Program-made: the position numbers and the translations under genes | Assembly: GCA_003646025.1 (NCBI GenBank) | Contig: QNDR01000004.1 | Span: 1-54,388, forward strand | Source of the DNA: Candidatus Fermentibacterota bacterium | GTDB taxonomy: Bacteria > Fermentibacterota > Fermentibacteria > Fermentibacterales > JCC-6 | DNA length: 54,388 nt | Reading direction: 5' to 3' | Shown here: piece after piece, positions 10,239-20,224 of the stretch | How positions within the stretch are numbered: position 1 is the first letter of the stretch | Layout of the letters: each line of letters opens with the position of its first letter | The notes under the pieces: generated by a model | Databases searched by the model: none | Told to the model about the DNA's origin: nothing | Seen by the model: only the letters and a program-made list of their open reading frames with translations

Positions 10239-12747
10239 GTCTCTCCAGTTCGGAACCTGTTATTCTGTGTATTATGGACACGAGATCACGCATCGCATAC
10301 GGTTTGTTAAGAACTTCATGAGTTTCTTTCATGTCTGCGAGCCAGTCACCTGCGTAGCCTGTTGTGAACACAACTGGAACTTCTGCACCCAGAGCGACGA
10401 TTTTCCTGTAGGCCTCAGGTCCGCTCATTTCAGGCATCATTACATCAAACACAAGTATTTCAATCTCCCTGCGTCTTTTCTTAAAAATCTCTACAGCTTC
10501 TTTGCCGTTTTTTGCCCGGATTACCTTTATCCCGGCCATTCCCAGCCCCTCAACTGCAAGTGTCATTACACGTTGGTCATCTTCAGCAAGAAGTATACAC
10601 ACAGGATGGTTATCCTTAGATTCAGTCTGCTTAAGGGGGATTGTTTCGTTTTTATGCGGTTGATGGTACAGATGATTCTCTTCCAGCGCAGGGAAGTAAG
10701 CTGTTATCTCGAGTCCCCTGCCGGTTCTGTTCCTCACATTGATGTATCCGGAGTGTTCTTTAAGAACTCCAAGAACGGTTGCAAGACCGAGCCCGGTACC
10801 GCCGTTAAGCAGTTTTGTTGTGAAGAATGGTTCGAATACGTTTTTCAGATGGTCTTCGGGAATTCCAGGTCCGGTGTCTGTTACGGTAACTGCGGCATAG
10901 TTTCCCGGTGAAAGAGTACCGCTTGTTACAGAAAGCGGTTCAATTATGGAAATTTCTTTAAGAACAATGTTCAGCTCTCCACCAAGAGGCATTGCATCCC
11001 TCGCGTTTACGCAGAGGTTCATGAAGACCTGCTCTATCTGCGACGGGTCTCCGTGGACCCATGTATCACGAGAGGTGATATCTGAAGTAATTACGATATT
11101 CTCTTCCATTATTCTTGAAAGAAGCTTAAAAAACCTGGTTGTGAGAGAACTGAGGTTTACATTCTGAAGCTGGGATTTTTTGTCTCTGCTGAACAGAAGA
11201 AGGCCTCTTACAAGTTCCCTCCCTTTCTCGGCCGCTTCAACAATGGGTTTCGAAACATCTGTAATAACCGGGTCATTGTCTGAAACCCTGTCAAGAATGT
11301 CGCAGTACCCTGTTATTACATGCAGAAGGTTGTTGAAGTCGTGGGCGACACCGCCAGCCAGTCGGCCTATGGCTTCCATTTTCTGAGACTGCATATCATC
11401 GATCTTTTTCTGAATCAGAGACAGTTCTTTCTCCTTTATCACTGTTGTATCAAACAGAATACCGGAAATGGTGCGGGGCTTTCCTCTCGCGATTGCACCG
11501 ATGTTGAACCATCTTGTTACAGAGTCCCTGCCTCTGCAGCTGATCTCGCCGAAGAAATTGTCTATTGTGCCGGAAACGAGATCATTCAGTTTCCTTTGTG
11601 TTTCTTCAGGGAGTGAAGATTCCCGAACCCATCTGGAAAAACTGGGCGGGTCTTTCAGCGGTGTGTAGGAAAGAGTATCGAAGAAGGAATTATCAGCCCT
11701 GAGACAGTCTTCTTCCGGTGTGGCATTCCAGATCACGGCACCTGATGCCTCAAGAGCAAGCTGAAGCTGATCAAGTCTGGTCTGCAGAGTTCTTTCAACT
11801 CTTATGAGCTTTGAGATATCAACAGAAACGACAAGAACGGATTTTTTGCTTTTGTAAATGAGTTCCCTGGCATGGACAAGAAAATGCAGAGAACCTCCGT
11901 GTTTGAGCGCAATCTCTATTTGAACTGGAACGCCAGGTGTTGATGAAAATGTCTGGTTGAGGAACTCTTTTAACCGGTTTTCTGTATCGCGGTCTACGAT
12001 CCGGTAAAGATCGCGTTCGATATCTTCAAATTTGCTGAATCCGTATTTGTCCGTAAGGGACTGGTTTACATATGCTACACTGGTTCCCTGCAGAACTATG
12101 ATACCAATGTTCTCGTCAAGTGAAATTTCTTCAAACAGATTGTTTGCTTCAGTAAGCCTGTCTATGACAAGCTGATGTGCATTTTCTCTTTTTCTGATGA
12201 AGAAGATGGCAAGTATTGACAGGATTGACGCAACACAAAGGGGAAGAGCTGCAAGATCGAGGACCTGCCTGTAAATAGAATGTGGCAGAACAAATATCCA
12301 TGCAATGTAAACTGCCGCTGAACCGAATCCGGCAACCATCTGAAACACGACATCGGGAATATGAAGTCTTGATTTTTCTGCCAGTCTGAGAAGCAGACCG
12401 AAAACAAGGGCAGAGAGAATAATACCTATACCCGGCATCGTTCCGGTTCCACCGATGAGAAGCCTGTAAATCAGAAGAGGAACTGCCGCGAGAGCTCCTA
12501 CCACATAGCCGCCGGTAAGGGCAGCTACTACAAGGACAGGTGTACGCATATCGATCAGAACACCAGGAAGAACCTCAACACTGAATAGAATAGCCAGAAT
12601 TCCGCAGGCAGCAAAAACAAAACCCTGAATCAGTACGCTGATGACCGGTTTTCCAACCCTCCACCGGGACAGCCGGAGAAGGAAGAAGAACGATACTATC
12701 AGCAGTGCCGAGTTTTCAATCAGTGCCTTGAGGATATCAATTCTCAA
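10228..12747 (-). CDS. Membrane hybrid histidine kinase (5TMR-LYT-like sensor, PAS, HisKA, HATPase, REC)
   Basis: Hydrophobic N-terminus with PGVLIDMR (LytS/YhcK-type), AGGVAHDFNN, NARDAM, GGTGLG, C-terminal receiver FDVMMP. Confidence 0.88.
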   Translation of the reverse strand: MRIDILKALIENSALLIVSFFFLLRLSRWRVGKPVISVLIQGFVFAACGILAILFSVEVLPGVLIDMRTPVLVVAALTGGYVVGALAAVPLLIYRLLIGGTGTMPGIGIILSALVFGLLLRLAEKSRLHIPDVVFQMVAGFGSAAVYIAWIFVLPHSIYRQVLDLAALPLCVASILSILAIFFIRKRENAHQLVIDRLTEANNLFEEISLDENIGIIVLQGTSVAYVNQSLTDKYGFSKFEDIERDLYRIVDRDTENRLKEFLNQTFSSTPGVPVQIEIALKHGGSLHFLVHARELIYKSKKSVLVVSVDISKLIRVERTLQTRLDQLQLALEASGAVIWNATPEEDCLRADNSFFDTLSYTPLKDPPSFSRWVRESSLPEETQRKLNDLVSGTIDNFFGEISCRGRDSVTRWFNIGAIARGKPRTISGILFDTTVIKEKELSLIQKKIDDMQSQKMEAIGRLAGGVAHDFNNLLHVITGYCDILDRVSDNDPVITDVSKPIVEAAEKGRELVRGLLLFSRDKKSQLQNVNLSSLTTRFFKLLSRIMEENIVITSDITSRDTWVHGDPSQIEQVFMNLCVNARDAMPLGGELNIVLKEISIIEPLSVTSGTLSPGNYAAVTVTDTGPGIPEDHLKNVFEPFFTTKLLNGGTGLGLATVLGVLKEHSGYINVRNRTGRGLEITAYFPALEENHLYHQPHKNETIPLKQTESKDNHPVCILLAEDDQRVMTLAVEGLGMAGIKVIRAKNGKEAVEIFKKRRREIEILVFDVMMPEMSGPEAYRKIVALGAEVPVVFTTGYAGDWLADMKETHEVLNKPYAMRDLVSIIHRITGSELERHDK

Positions 12748-12760
12748 AATTAGACCTCTG

Positions 12761-14452
12761 TCAGGCTGGTTTTACCGCCTTGAAGGCTGCCTCCGGTGTA
12801 TCTGAAGGATTCAGAGACATCCAGTCAAGAATGTATCTGGCTCCTTTTGTACTGATACCGTTTTCGAAGCACCATGTCAGTGTGTCTCGAATCCCGTCTT
12901 CCGTAAGTGTTTTCATCCAGTCTTTGCCTTCCCGTCTGGAACCGCGCATCCGGTCAGCCAGCAGGCTGGCAAGTGAAGCTGGTCTGAACTCTGTTCTCGA
13001 CAGCAGTTCATCGAACACATCGCACAGTTCCAGGTTAAGCAGCCGATCGATGAGGTGTTCACTGAGTCCCAGTTTTCTGTAGGTGTCTCTTCTTTCCCAG
13101 GGTTTTTCAGGGAGCAGTTTCTGCAGTCTTTCAAATGTGTCCGGCGTAATGGCCTGCGGTGGGAGATCGGTGTCAGGATACATCCTGTCTGCGCCTGGAA
13201 GAATTCTTTCAAAATCAGTTGTTCCACCTGGTTGTGCCTGTCTGGTTTCTGGAGGAACACCCTGGAACGCCTCCTGTATCCTGATACAGATTTCGTTAGC
13301 CGCAGTCTGAAGATCTTCCTCCGGACCGGCGAATACAATTGCCGCGTCGTCGTGAGAGATGCCCATGGTTGATCGAAGCATGTCCGAAGCGCAGTTAAGA
13401 ACGGGCTGGTATTCAAGGCAGGCAATAACCCTGACCCGCCCTCTGAGTTCGTCCAGGAATGTACGCTCAGGCTGGGTTGGCCAGTCTACGAACTTCCTGA
13501 ATCCTGGAATTATTATCACTGCAGCACTGTGTTGTCTGGATTCAAGAAGGTCGGGGTCAAAGTTCTCGCCTGCAGCTTCAACCCTGCTGAGAGCAGTGTA
13601 TTCCGGTTTGAGCTGGTCTGCCGTGAAATCGGAAGTTTTCAGCTGATACCGCAGGTCGAGCAGCGCTTTCTGTCTGTAGGCTTCAATTCTGGAAAGTGGT
13701 TCTATGTAACCTATCTTAGCCACACCTTTTATCTCGATTCTTGTACCACCCCGGATAGACACGTTTACGTCCTGTCTCACGGAGCCGATTCCTCTTCTGA
13801 CCAGGTGTGTTGATCGCATGGTTTCGCCTATGAGCCTGGCAGCAAGTGCCATCTCATGAGGTGTGTAGAGTTCCGGAGCGGTCACCGGCTCAACAAGCGG
13901 TATGGACAGACGGTCTGTGCGAAACACAACATGATGCCCTCTGTCAGAAACTTCGCGACAGGCGTCTTCCTCCATGCTCATCTGTATGAAGTGGAGTTCT
14001 CTTCCGAGAAAGGGTACTACTCCATTTACTCCTACAATTGCGGTTCTCTGAAAACCAGTTGGAATAGAGCCGTCAAGGTACTGCTTTCGTGTTATGTGAA
14101 TTTCATCCACCAGAGACATGTTGAACATCATGGCTAGTTGCAATGCAATACTTACGGCTTCAGGATTTGCCTGAAAAGGCGGAGTGTCATCCATTTCATA
14201 GGTGCATACGGAATCGTTGTAAAGCAGATAATGAACCTGTTTTTTCGTCTTGAATTCCATGAGGGCAGTTCCGTCATACTCTCCGAATTCGCTGAGAGTA
14301 GGGCGCATGTGACGGAGGATTTCCTGATCATGCTTATCGTTACGGATCCTCGTTGAACACCGGCAGAACAGCTTTCCGGATGTTGCGAGCTGCTGATGGG
14401 TCTCAAGACCCCCTCTGAAACCAAGCTCGCGAAGTTCAGTGTAATCCTGCAA
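12761..14452 (-). CDS. gatE: Glu-tRNA(Gln) amidotransferase subunit E (archaeal GatDE type)
   Basis: GLETHQQL..KLFCRC, RPTLSEFGEYD, DGSIPTGFQRT, EED, DRLSIPLVE, RRGIGSVRQDVNVSIRGGTRIEIKGV, RILPGADRMYPDTD. These are GatE signatures; the GatB-type YFYPDLPKGYQISQ motif is absent. TTG start with SD GAAAGGA. Confidence 0.9.
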   Translation of the reverse strand: MQDYTELRELGFRGGLETHQQLATSGKLFCRCSTRIRNDKHDQEILRHMRPTLSEFGEYDGTALMEFKTKKQVHYLLYNDSVCTYEMDDTPPFQANPEAVSIALQLAMMFNMSLVDEIHITRKQYLDGSIPTGFQRTAIVGVNGVVPFLGRELHFIQMSMEEDACREVSDRGHHVVFRTDRLSIPLVEPVTAPELYTPHEMALAARLIGETMRSTHLVRRGIGSVRQDVNVSIRGGTRIEIKGVAKIGYIEPLSRIEAYRQKALLDLRYQLKTSDFTADQLKPEYTALSRVEAAGENFDPDLLESRQHSAAVIIIPGFRKFVDWPTQPERTFLDELRGRVRVIACLEYQPVLNCASDMLRSTMGISHDDAAIVFAGPEEDLQTAANEICIRIQEAFQGVPPETRQAQPGGTTDFERILPGADRMYPDTDLPPQAITPDTFERLQKLLPEKPWERRDTYRKLGLSEHLIDRLLNLELCDVFDELLSRTEFRPASLASLLADRMRGSRREGKDWMKTLTEDGIRDTLTWCFENGISTKGARYILDWMSLNPSDTPEAAFKAVKPA

Positions 14453-14540
14453 AGTAATTCCTTTCGATGCTATGAAATTAGTATAAAATTGTTGGCACGA
14501 AAATAACGATTATCAGGGCCGGGGTAAACAGGTACAGGTA

Positions 14541-14569
14541 TTGACCGAATGAATCTCCGGGGCTATTAT
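14541..14569 (+). promoter_or_regulatory. Putative sigma70 promoter of the hpf-hprK-ptsH-ptsI operon
   Basis: TTGACC-17 bp-TATTAT. Confidence 0.6.
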
Positions 14570-14602
14570 CGAAATGTGAGATTGGAAGTCAAACCTTATG
14601 TA

Positions 14603-14642
14603 GCCGCTTCTCCCGCATGTTCGGGGGGGCGGTATTTAATTT
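14603..14642 (+). other. GC-rich hairpin followed by an AT/T-rich tail in the hpf leader (attenuator-like)
   Basis: GCCGCTTCTCCCG-CATGTT-CGGGGGGGCGGT, pairing with several G-U pairs, followed by ATTTAATTT. Confidence 0.4.
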
Positions 14643-14671
14643 GGCTTCCGTTTAACATGAAAGGAGTTACC

Positions 14672-15220
14672 ATGAACGTCGAGATCAGCGCAAGGCACTT
14701 TGAACTAACCGATTCTCTGAAGGAACATGTTTATGAAAAACTGTCCGTTCTGGACAAATTCTACGACGGAATCGATGATGTTCATGTTGTTCTTGAGCTT
14801 TCGTCCGGAATGAGCAGGTCACATGTTCAGTTGCGGGGAGACCGATTGAGGCTCGACTCCCGGTCACAGGGACATGATATGTACTTTTCTTTCGATGAAT
14901 GTATTTCTTCTCTCGAGAGGCAGCTTAGAAGATTCAAAGAAACCCACCATGACCATCCTCACAGGGAAAACAACGGTAAAAACCCTGTTTCCGGTGCGTG
15001 GTACATAGCGGCAGAACCATCGGAGCTCACGTCCCCGGTTCTTGTGGAAGATGCCGCGGTTTTGAAAAAGTTTTCAACCAACGACGCAATGACAGAGTTC
15101 GAGGTAAGTGGCGACGACAGAAATCTGATATTCTACAACACGGAAACGAACAGCTTCAGTGCTGCATACAGAACTTCCAGCGGTGCTACTCAGGTTGTTG
15201 AGCTTACACGCAAGGAATAG
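14672..15220 (+). CDS. hpf: Ribosome hibernation promoting factor (long HPF / S30AE family)
   Basis: MNVEISARHFELTDSLKEHV...DMYFSFDECISSLERQLRRFK plus a C-terminal extension. Start reassigned to the ATG at 14672 after SD AAGGAG. Confidence 0.88.
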   Translation: MNVEISARHFELTDSLKEHVYEKLSVLDKFYDGIDDVHVVLELSSGMSRSHVQLRGDRLRLDSRSQGHDMYFSFDECISSLERQLRRFKETHHDHPHRENNGKNPVSGAWYIAAEPSELTSPVLVEDAAVLKKFSTNDAMTEFEVSGDDRNLIFYNTETNSFSAAYRTSSGATQVVELTRKE

Positions 15221-15225
15221 AAAAA

Positions 15226-16191
15226 GTGTTGGATCGCTACCCAGATCCGGAAGCATTTTCTGTCGGCGTAATGTATGAGAGGCTGGGGAAAAGGCTTGAA
15301 CTTGAGGATATAACCGATACATGGGGATACGACCGTATGGTCGTGTCCCCGGACATCAGCCGTCCCGGTCTGTGTCTTTCCGGTTATACATACAAGTTCA
15401 TGCACGACAGAATCCAGATTTTTGGTGAGACTGAGATCACACTGCTGAAGAAACTTTCTCCACAGGAAAAACAGGCTGCCGTGAAGAATGTCTTCAATTT
15501 TCCAGTGGTGTGCAGTATTATTACGAAAGGTCTTACTCCTCCGGATGAGCTTGTCTCTGCATCACAGTCTTCGGGTTCTGCACTGTTTGTTTCTCCTCAG
15601 GATACAACTCCTCTGATACATGACCTGACTGATTTTCTAAGCGAGGTATTCGCACCTCATGTTTCTCTTCACGGAACCCTTGTGGATGTTTACGGAGAAG
15701 GTCTTCTTGTCATGGGAAGAAGCGCTATCGGAAAGAGTGAGGCAGTGCTGGGTCTGGTGGAGAGAGGGCACAGGCTTGTTGCTGACGACCTTGTTCGGGT
15801 GAGAAAAACAGGGAACCGTCTGATCGGTTCCGGTGATGCAATGCTTGGATTCCACATGGAGATAAGAGGAATCGGATTTGTCAACATTGCCGAACTGTTT
15901 GGCGTGGGCGCGATAAAGGAGATGCAATCGGTTGATCTTGTTGTCAGATTATTTGATACCGACCTCGACGATGAAGCCGACAGGTCAGGGCTTATCGGTA
16001 AACATATGAGTATAATGGGAGTTGACGTTCCCATGGTGGAGATACCGGTGCTTCCGGGCAGAAACATTACACTGCTTCTTGAAGTTGCTGCAATGATGAA
16101 TATTCAGGTAAAGGATACCGGCAGTACATCTGCTGAACGACTTAACAGGAAACTCATTGCCCGTATGGGCAGAAAAAGGCTGAGAGAATAA
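15226..16191 (+). CDS. hprK: HPr(Ser) kinase/phosphorylase
   Basis: SRPGL, LHGTLVDVYG, Walker A GRSAIGKSE, LVADD, MEIRGIG, PGRN. Confidence 0.96.
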   Translation: MLDRYPDPEAFSVGVMYERLGKRLELEDITDTWGYDRMVVSPDISRPGLCLSGYTYKFMHDRIQIFGETEITLLKKLSPQEKQAAVKNVFNFPVVCSIITKGLTPPDELVSASQSSGSALFVSPQDTTPLIHDLTDFLSEVFAPHVSLHGTLVDVYGEGLLVMGRSAIGKSEAVLGLVERGHRLVADDLVRVRKTGNRLIGSGDAMLGFHMEIRGIGFVNIAELFGVGAIKEMQSVDLVVRLFDTDLDDEADRSGLIGKHMSIMGVDVPMVEIPVLPGRNITLLLEVAAMMNIQVKDTGSTSAERLNRKLIARMGRKRLRE

Positions 16192-16192
16192 A

Positions 16193-16465
16193 ATGACAGA
16201 AAAAAAGGTGGTTGTTCCCAACAAGCTGGGGATACATGCCCGTCCAGCCGCACTGATAGTAAGAGCTGCTGTGGAGTTTGCCTGTGATATATGGGTGGAA
16301 AGCCCGGCAGACAAAGTCAACGCAAAGAGCATAATGGGAGTAATGACCCTGGCAGCCTCCGGGGGTACTGAAATTGTTGTTTCCGCAGATGGATCTGATG
16401 AGGTTGAAGCTGTGGAGGCAGTTGCGGAGGTAATCAGAAGCGGTTTCGGCGAAGAGATGATTTAG
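16193..16465 (+). CDS. ptsH: Phosphocarrier protein HPr
   Basis: GIHARPA (His15) and NAKSIMGV (Ser46); 90 aa. Confidence 0.96.
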   Translation: MTEKKVVVPNKLGIHARPAALIVRAAVEFACDIWVESPADKVNAKSIMGVMTLAASGGTEIVVSADGSDEVEAVEAVAEVIRSGFGEEMI

Positions 16466-18229
16466 ATGCTTTTCAAAGGTGTTCCTGCCTCGCACGGCAT
16501 CGCCATAGGATCGGCTTTCCTCCTCAAGGTTGAAGAACTGAAACATGCAAAGCGGCTTCTTGAATCGTCTGAGCAGGCTGAACTTGAGGTTAAGAGATTT
16601 CAAGTCGCCATATCTTCCGTTCGTCACGATCTTGAAAACATTGCAGATACCATGGAAGATGTTGTTGAAGGTCGTCAGATTCTTGAATTCCTTCTGCTTC
16701 TGCTTCAGGATCCAACAATAAAGAGAGATGTTGAAAGTAGAATTCTGGGCGGACTGGTTAATGCGGAGTACGCAGTCAGCACGGCGCTTCGCGGTGTCAT
16801 GGAAAAATTCGAGGTTATGGCCGACCCATACATCCGTGAAAGGGTTGCAGATGTAAGAGATGTCGGCCGCCGGGTTATTGAGAAGCTTACAGGTACGGAA
16901 AAGGATGTTCTCGATAAGATGCAGGAGCCTGTGGTTCTTGTGGCAAAAGATCTTGATCCATCTGAAACTGCCGGTTTGAAACCCGGTCAGATACTGGCCT
17001 TTGTTACAGACATGGGAGGAAGAACTTCCCACACAACCATTCTTGCCCGTGCTCTAGGTATACCTGCCGTGGTCGGTCTTCAGAAGATTACCTCTGAAAT
17101 AAATCCCCGTGACATGATTATTGTAGACGGTATACACGGGCATGTAATTGTTAACCCCACTCAAGAGGAGCTCCGGTACTACGCGGGTATCAAGGAGAAA
17201 TTCCAGAAAGCAGAGAAACTGCTTCAGAAAATGAATCAGGAGCCTGCGGTTACCGAAGACGGTGTTCGAATAGAACTTGCGGCAAATATCGAGCTTCCAT
17301 ACGAGGTTGAACTTGTAAATAAACTCGGGGCTGATGGAATAGGTCTGTTCCGAACTGAATTTCTCAGGCTTGCTCAGGAAAATGGCGAAAACGAGGAAGA
17401 CCATTTTGCTATTTACGACACGGTAGCTTTCCGGATGAAACCGAAACCAGTGATAATAAGAACGTACGATATGGGTGGAGACAAATTCAGAACGGGTCTG
17501 AATTCTGTACCGGAAGCCAACCCTTTCCTGGGTTACCGTGCTGTGAGAATTGGTCTTGACAGACCCCAAGAGTTCTCGATTCAGCTGAGAGCTATTCTAA
17601 GGGCGTCTGTTCATGGCAACATACGGCTGATGTTTCCAATGGTTACCCATGTGGAACAACTGCGCAGATTGAGAGACCTGCTTGAGAAAGTAAAGAATCA
17701 GTTGCGTGTTGATGAAATTCCATTTGATAACGATATGCAGGTGGGGATAATGGTAGAAACACCGGCAACTGTTATTGCTCTTGATCTTATGCTGCCATAC
17801 GCAGATTTTGTATCCATAGGAACCAACGATCTCACGCAGTATTCTCTGGCAGTTGACCGGGGGAATCCCAGGGTGGCCGATCTTTACGATTCATTCCATC
17901 CGGCTATTCTCCGCCAGATTGATACCGTGGTCAGATTGTGTCACAGTCAGGGAAAATGGGTTGGAGTGTGTGGCTCCATGGCCGGTAATCCACTGGCCGT
18001 TCCTCTTATGATCGGTTTTGGAGTGGACGAGCTGAGTGTTGCACCGTCTCTGATACCTGATGTGAAGAGAATGATTGGTGTTGTTACCACAGATGCCGCC
18101 CGGGAAATGGCCGAGAAATCTCTTGTAACTGAAACCGGTCTCGGTGTCAGATCGCTTGTTCACTCTTACGTTATGGGAAAATATCCTGAAATTCTCCTTG
18201 ATGAGAATGACTGGGAAACGGGAGGCTGA
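16466..18229 (+). CDS. ptsI: PEP-protein phosphotransferase (PTS Enzyme I)
   Basis: GGRTSHT phospho-His, GIGLFRTEF, EANPFLGYRA, SIGTNDLTQY, GVCG. Confidence 0.97.
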   Translation: MLFKGVPASHGIAIGSAFLLKVEELKHAKRLLESSEQAELEVKRFQVAISSVRHDLENIADTMEDVVEGRQILEFLLLLLQDPTIKRDVESRILGGLVNAEYAVSTALRGVMEKFEVMADPYIRERVADVRDVGRRVIEKLTGTEKDVLDKMQEPVVLVAKDLDPSETAGLKPGQILAFVTDMGGRTSHTTILARALGIPAVVGLQKITSEINPRDMIIVDGIHGHVIVNPTQEELRYYAGIKEKFQKAEKLLQKMNQEPAVTEDGVRIELAANIELPYEVELVNKLGADGIGLFRTEFLRLAQENGENEEDHFAIYDTVAFRMKPKPVIIRTYDMGGDKFRTGLNSVPEANPFLGYRAVRIGLDRPQEFSIQLRAILRASVHGNIRLMFPMVTHVEQLRRLRDLLEKVKNQLRVDEIPFDNDMQVGIMVETPATVIALDLMLPYADFVSIGTNDLTQYSLAVDRGNPRVADLYDSFHPAILRQIDTVVRLCHSQGKWVGVCGSMAGNPLAVPLMIGFGVDELSVAPSLIPDVKRMIGVVTTDAAREMAEKSLVTETGLGVRSLVHSYVMGKYPEILLDENDWETGG

Positions 18230-18234
18230 TTTAA

Positions 18235-19215
18235 ATGCACTGTATAATACCTGCCGCTGGCAAGGGAACCAGAATGAGACCTCTTACGTGGTCGTTGCCG
18301 AAACCTCTTATCCCAGTTGCAGGACAACCGATTCTGGCCCATGTGATAGATTCACTTCTTGATGCTGACGTAGATCACATCACGCTGATAACAGGTTATC
18401 TCGGTGACACCATAGTTTCCTGGGCCCGGACACAATACCCGGGCATAAGAATTGATTTTGCAGTTCAGGAAGAGACCGACGGTCTAGCTTCTGCGGTTCT
18501 GCTTGCAGAACCGTACGTTGAAGATGAACCTCTGATGGTGGTTCTGGGTGATACACTGTTTTCAGCGGACCTGTCTGTACTCCGTGGAGAAACAAGAAAC
18601 ATGATTGTTGCGTCTCCGGTGGAGGATCCTTCAAGGTTCGGTGTTGTTGTAATGGACGGGGACAGAGTTGCAGAGCTTGTGGAGAAGCCTTCAGAACCTG
18701 TAAGCAATCTGGCAATAGTAGGTGTGTATTACTTCTCAAACGGGAGAAAGATAATGCAGAGCTGCCGTTACCTGAAGGAAAACCAGCTCAGAACACGGGG
18801 AGAGTACCAGCTCACAGATGCTATGCAGCTTATGCTGAAGGGAGGAGAACCCTTCGGAACACTGGATATAGACGGGTGGTATGACTGCGGTAAACCGGAA
18901 ACACTCCTGGAGACCAACAGGGTACTACTGGAAAAGAACGGCAGCTCCGGCTCTCCTGTTCTTGAGAATTCCGTGATTGTTGCTCCCTGTTTTTTCGGTG
19001 ATGCTACAGTGGTAAAAAACTCTGTTGTGGGCCCCTGGTTTTCCGGAGGTGCCGGTGTTCACATAGAGAACTCAGTGATCTCGGACACAATTGCCGGAAG
19101 TGGTTCAAAGTTCAGGCATGTGGTGCTGATGGAATCGATTATCGGGGAAAGGTCAGTTGTGCAGGGGACTCCGGCCAGACTGTACGCAGGTGACGATTCT
19201 GTTGCGGAGATATAA
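18235..19215 (+). CDS. Sugar-phosphate nucleotidyltransferase (long-form glucose-1-phosphate thymidylyltransferase-like)
   Basis: IIPAAGKGTRMRPLT..LPKPL, LVEKP, RGEYQLTDA, WYDCG, C-terminal hexapeptide beta-helix. Confidence 0.88.
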   Translation: MHCIIPAAGKGTRMRPLTWSLPKPLIPVAGQPILAHVIDSLLDADVDHITLITGYLGDTIVSWARTQYPGIRIDFAVQEETDGLASAVLLAEPYVEDEPLMVVLGDTLFSADLSVLRGETRNMIVASPVEDPSRFGVVVMDGDRVAELVEKPSEPVSNLAIVGVYYFSNGRKIMQSCRYLKENQLRTRGEYQLTDAMQLMLKGGEPFGTLDIDGWYDCGKPETLLETNRVLLEKNGSSGSPVLENSVIVAPCFFGDATVVKNSVVGPWFSGGAGVHIENSVISDTIAGSGSKFRHVVLMESIIGERSVVQGTPARLYAGDDSVAEI

Positions 19216-20224
19216 CAGACGGATAGCTCTGTACGCATCTTCAGCGGTCAACAGAGGAGGCACCGGTGTTTACACAGCCAGGTTGATTGAGGGGTTTCAG
19301 AAAGCTGGTATAACACAGGTTGTTCCGATTGGATTGACCGCTTCGGGTTACCGGGGAAAATTTATTTCAGAACACATGGGGTTGCGCCGTATTCTCCGAA
19401 AACAACACTTCGATCTGGCACATCTTCCCGCTTTTGCCGGAGCAGTCCCAGGTGGTATTCCCTACGCTGTGACAGTTCACGATATGGCTTTTATGGCACA
19501 ACCCGGCTGGTTCCCGATTCTTAAATCGCTGTACTACAGGCTTCACTTTCCCAGAGTTGCTACAGGAGCTTCAGTTGTAATCGCAGACAGCGATTTTACT
19601 GTTTCAGAAATAAAGAAGTATCTGGGGCTTTCATCAACAAGAGTTTACCTCTCTGCACCACACAACACAGCTTCCGATGCTGTGTTCAGAAAAACATCCG
19701 GAATAACCGGAGACTACATACTTTCAGCAAGTACAATAGAGCCCAGAAAGAACATAGATGCGCTGCTGGAGGCGTGGCCGGAGATAAGACGGATACATCC
19801 GGGAATGACCCTGGTAGTTGCTGGCAGATGGGGCTGGGGAAAAAAGAAAACGAAAGACGCACTGACTGATACTCCTGGAGTCGTATGGATTGGATCTGTT
19901 GGAGAACAGTTGCTTTCAAGTGTATTCTCAGGCGCAAAACTGCTTGTTTATCCGTCACTTTATGAAGGGTTCGGGCTGCCCCCTCTGGAAGCCGCAGCTT
20001 CTGGAGTTCCGTTTGTGGTGGGACCTGCTGGAACGCTCCTGGAGGTTTACGGGTCTGTGGCTGCAGCAGTTTCCGGAGAAACACCGCAATCTATTGCGGA
20101 AGCTGTTCTGAATGCCCTTGAAAAAAAGCAGAATCCGGAAGAGCTCCGTGAATTTGCCGGTAGATTTACGTGTAAAACCATGGCTGAGAATACATACCGG
20201 GCTTACGGAAAGGCGTTTCAGTGA
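19202..20224 (+). CDS. Glycosyltransferase family 4
   Basis: VTVHD, TIEPRKN, YPSLYEGFGLPPLEA. Start is uncertain (ORF opens at 19157; in-frame TTG at 19202). Confidence 0.88.
   Translation: MRRYNRRIALYASSAVNRGGTGVYTARLIEGFQKAGITQVVPIGLTASGYRGKFISEHMGLRRILRKQHFDLAHLPAFAGAVPGGIPYAVTVHDMAFMAQPGWFPILKSLYYRLHFPRVATGASVVIADSDFTVSEIKKYLGLSSTRVYLSAPHNTASDAVFRKTSGITGDYILSASTIEPRKNIDALLEAWPEIRRIHPGMTLVVAGRWGWGKKKTKDALTDTPGVVWIGSVGEQLLSSVFSGAKLLVYPSLYEGFGLPPLEAAASGVPFVVGPAGTLLEVYGSVAAAVSGETPQSIAEAVLNALEKKQNPEELREFAGRFTCKTMAENTYRAYGKAFQ

Noticed and set aside
14492-14510. Possible sigma54 promoter (TTGGCACG) upstream of hpf
   Set aside because: The -24 element is present, but the -12 TTGC is missing (TAAC at that spacing).
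14549-14671. N-terminal extension of HPF given in the ORF track
   Set aside because: It overlaps the predicted promoter and hairpin. The SD and homology both start at 14672.
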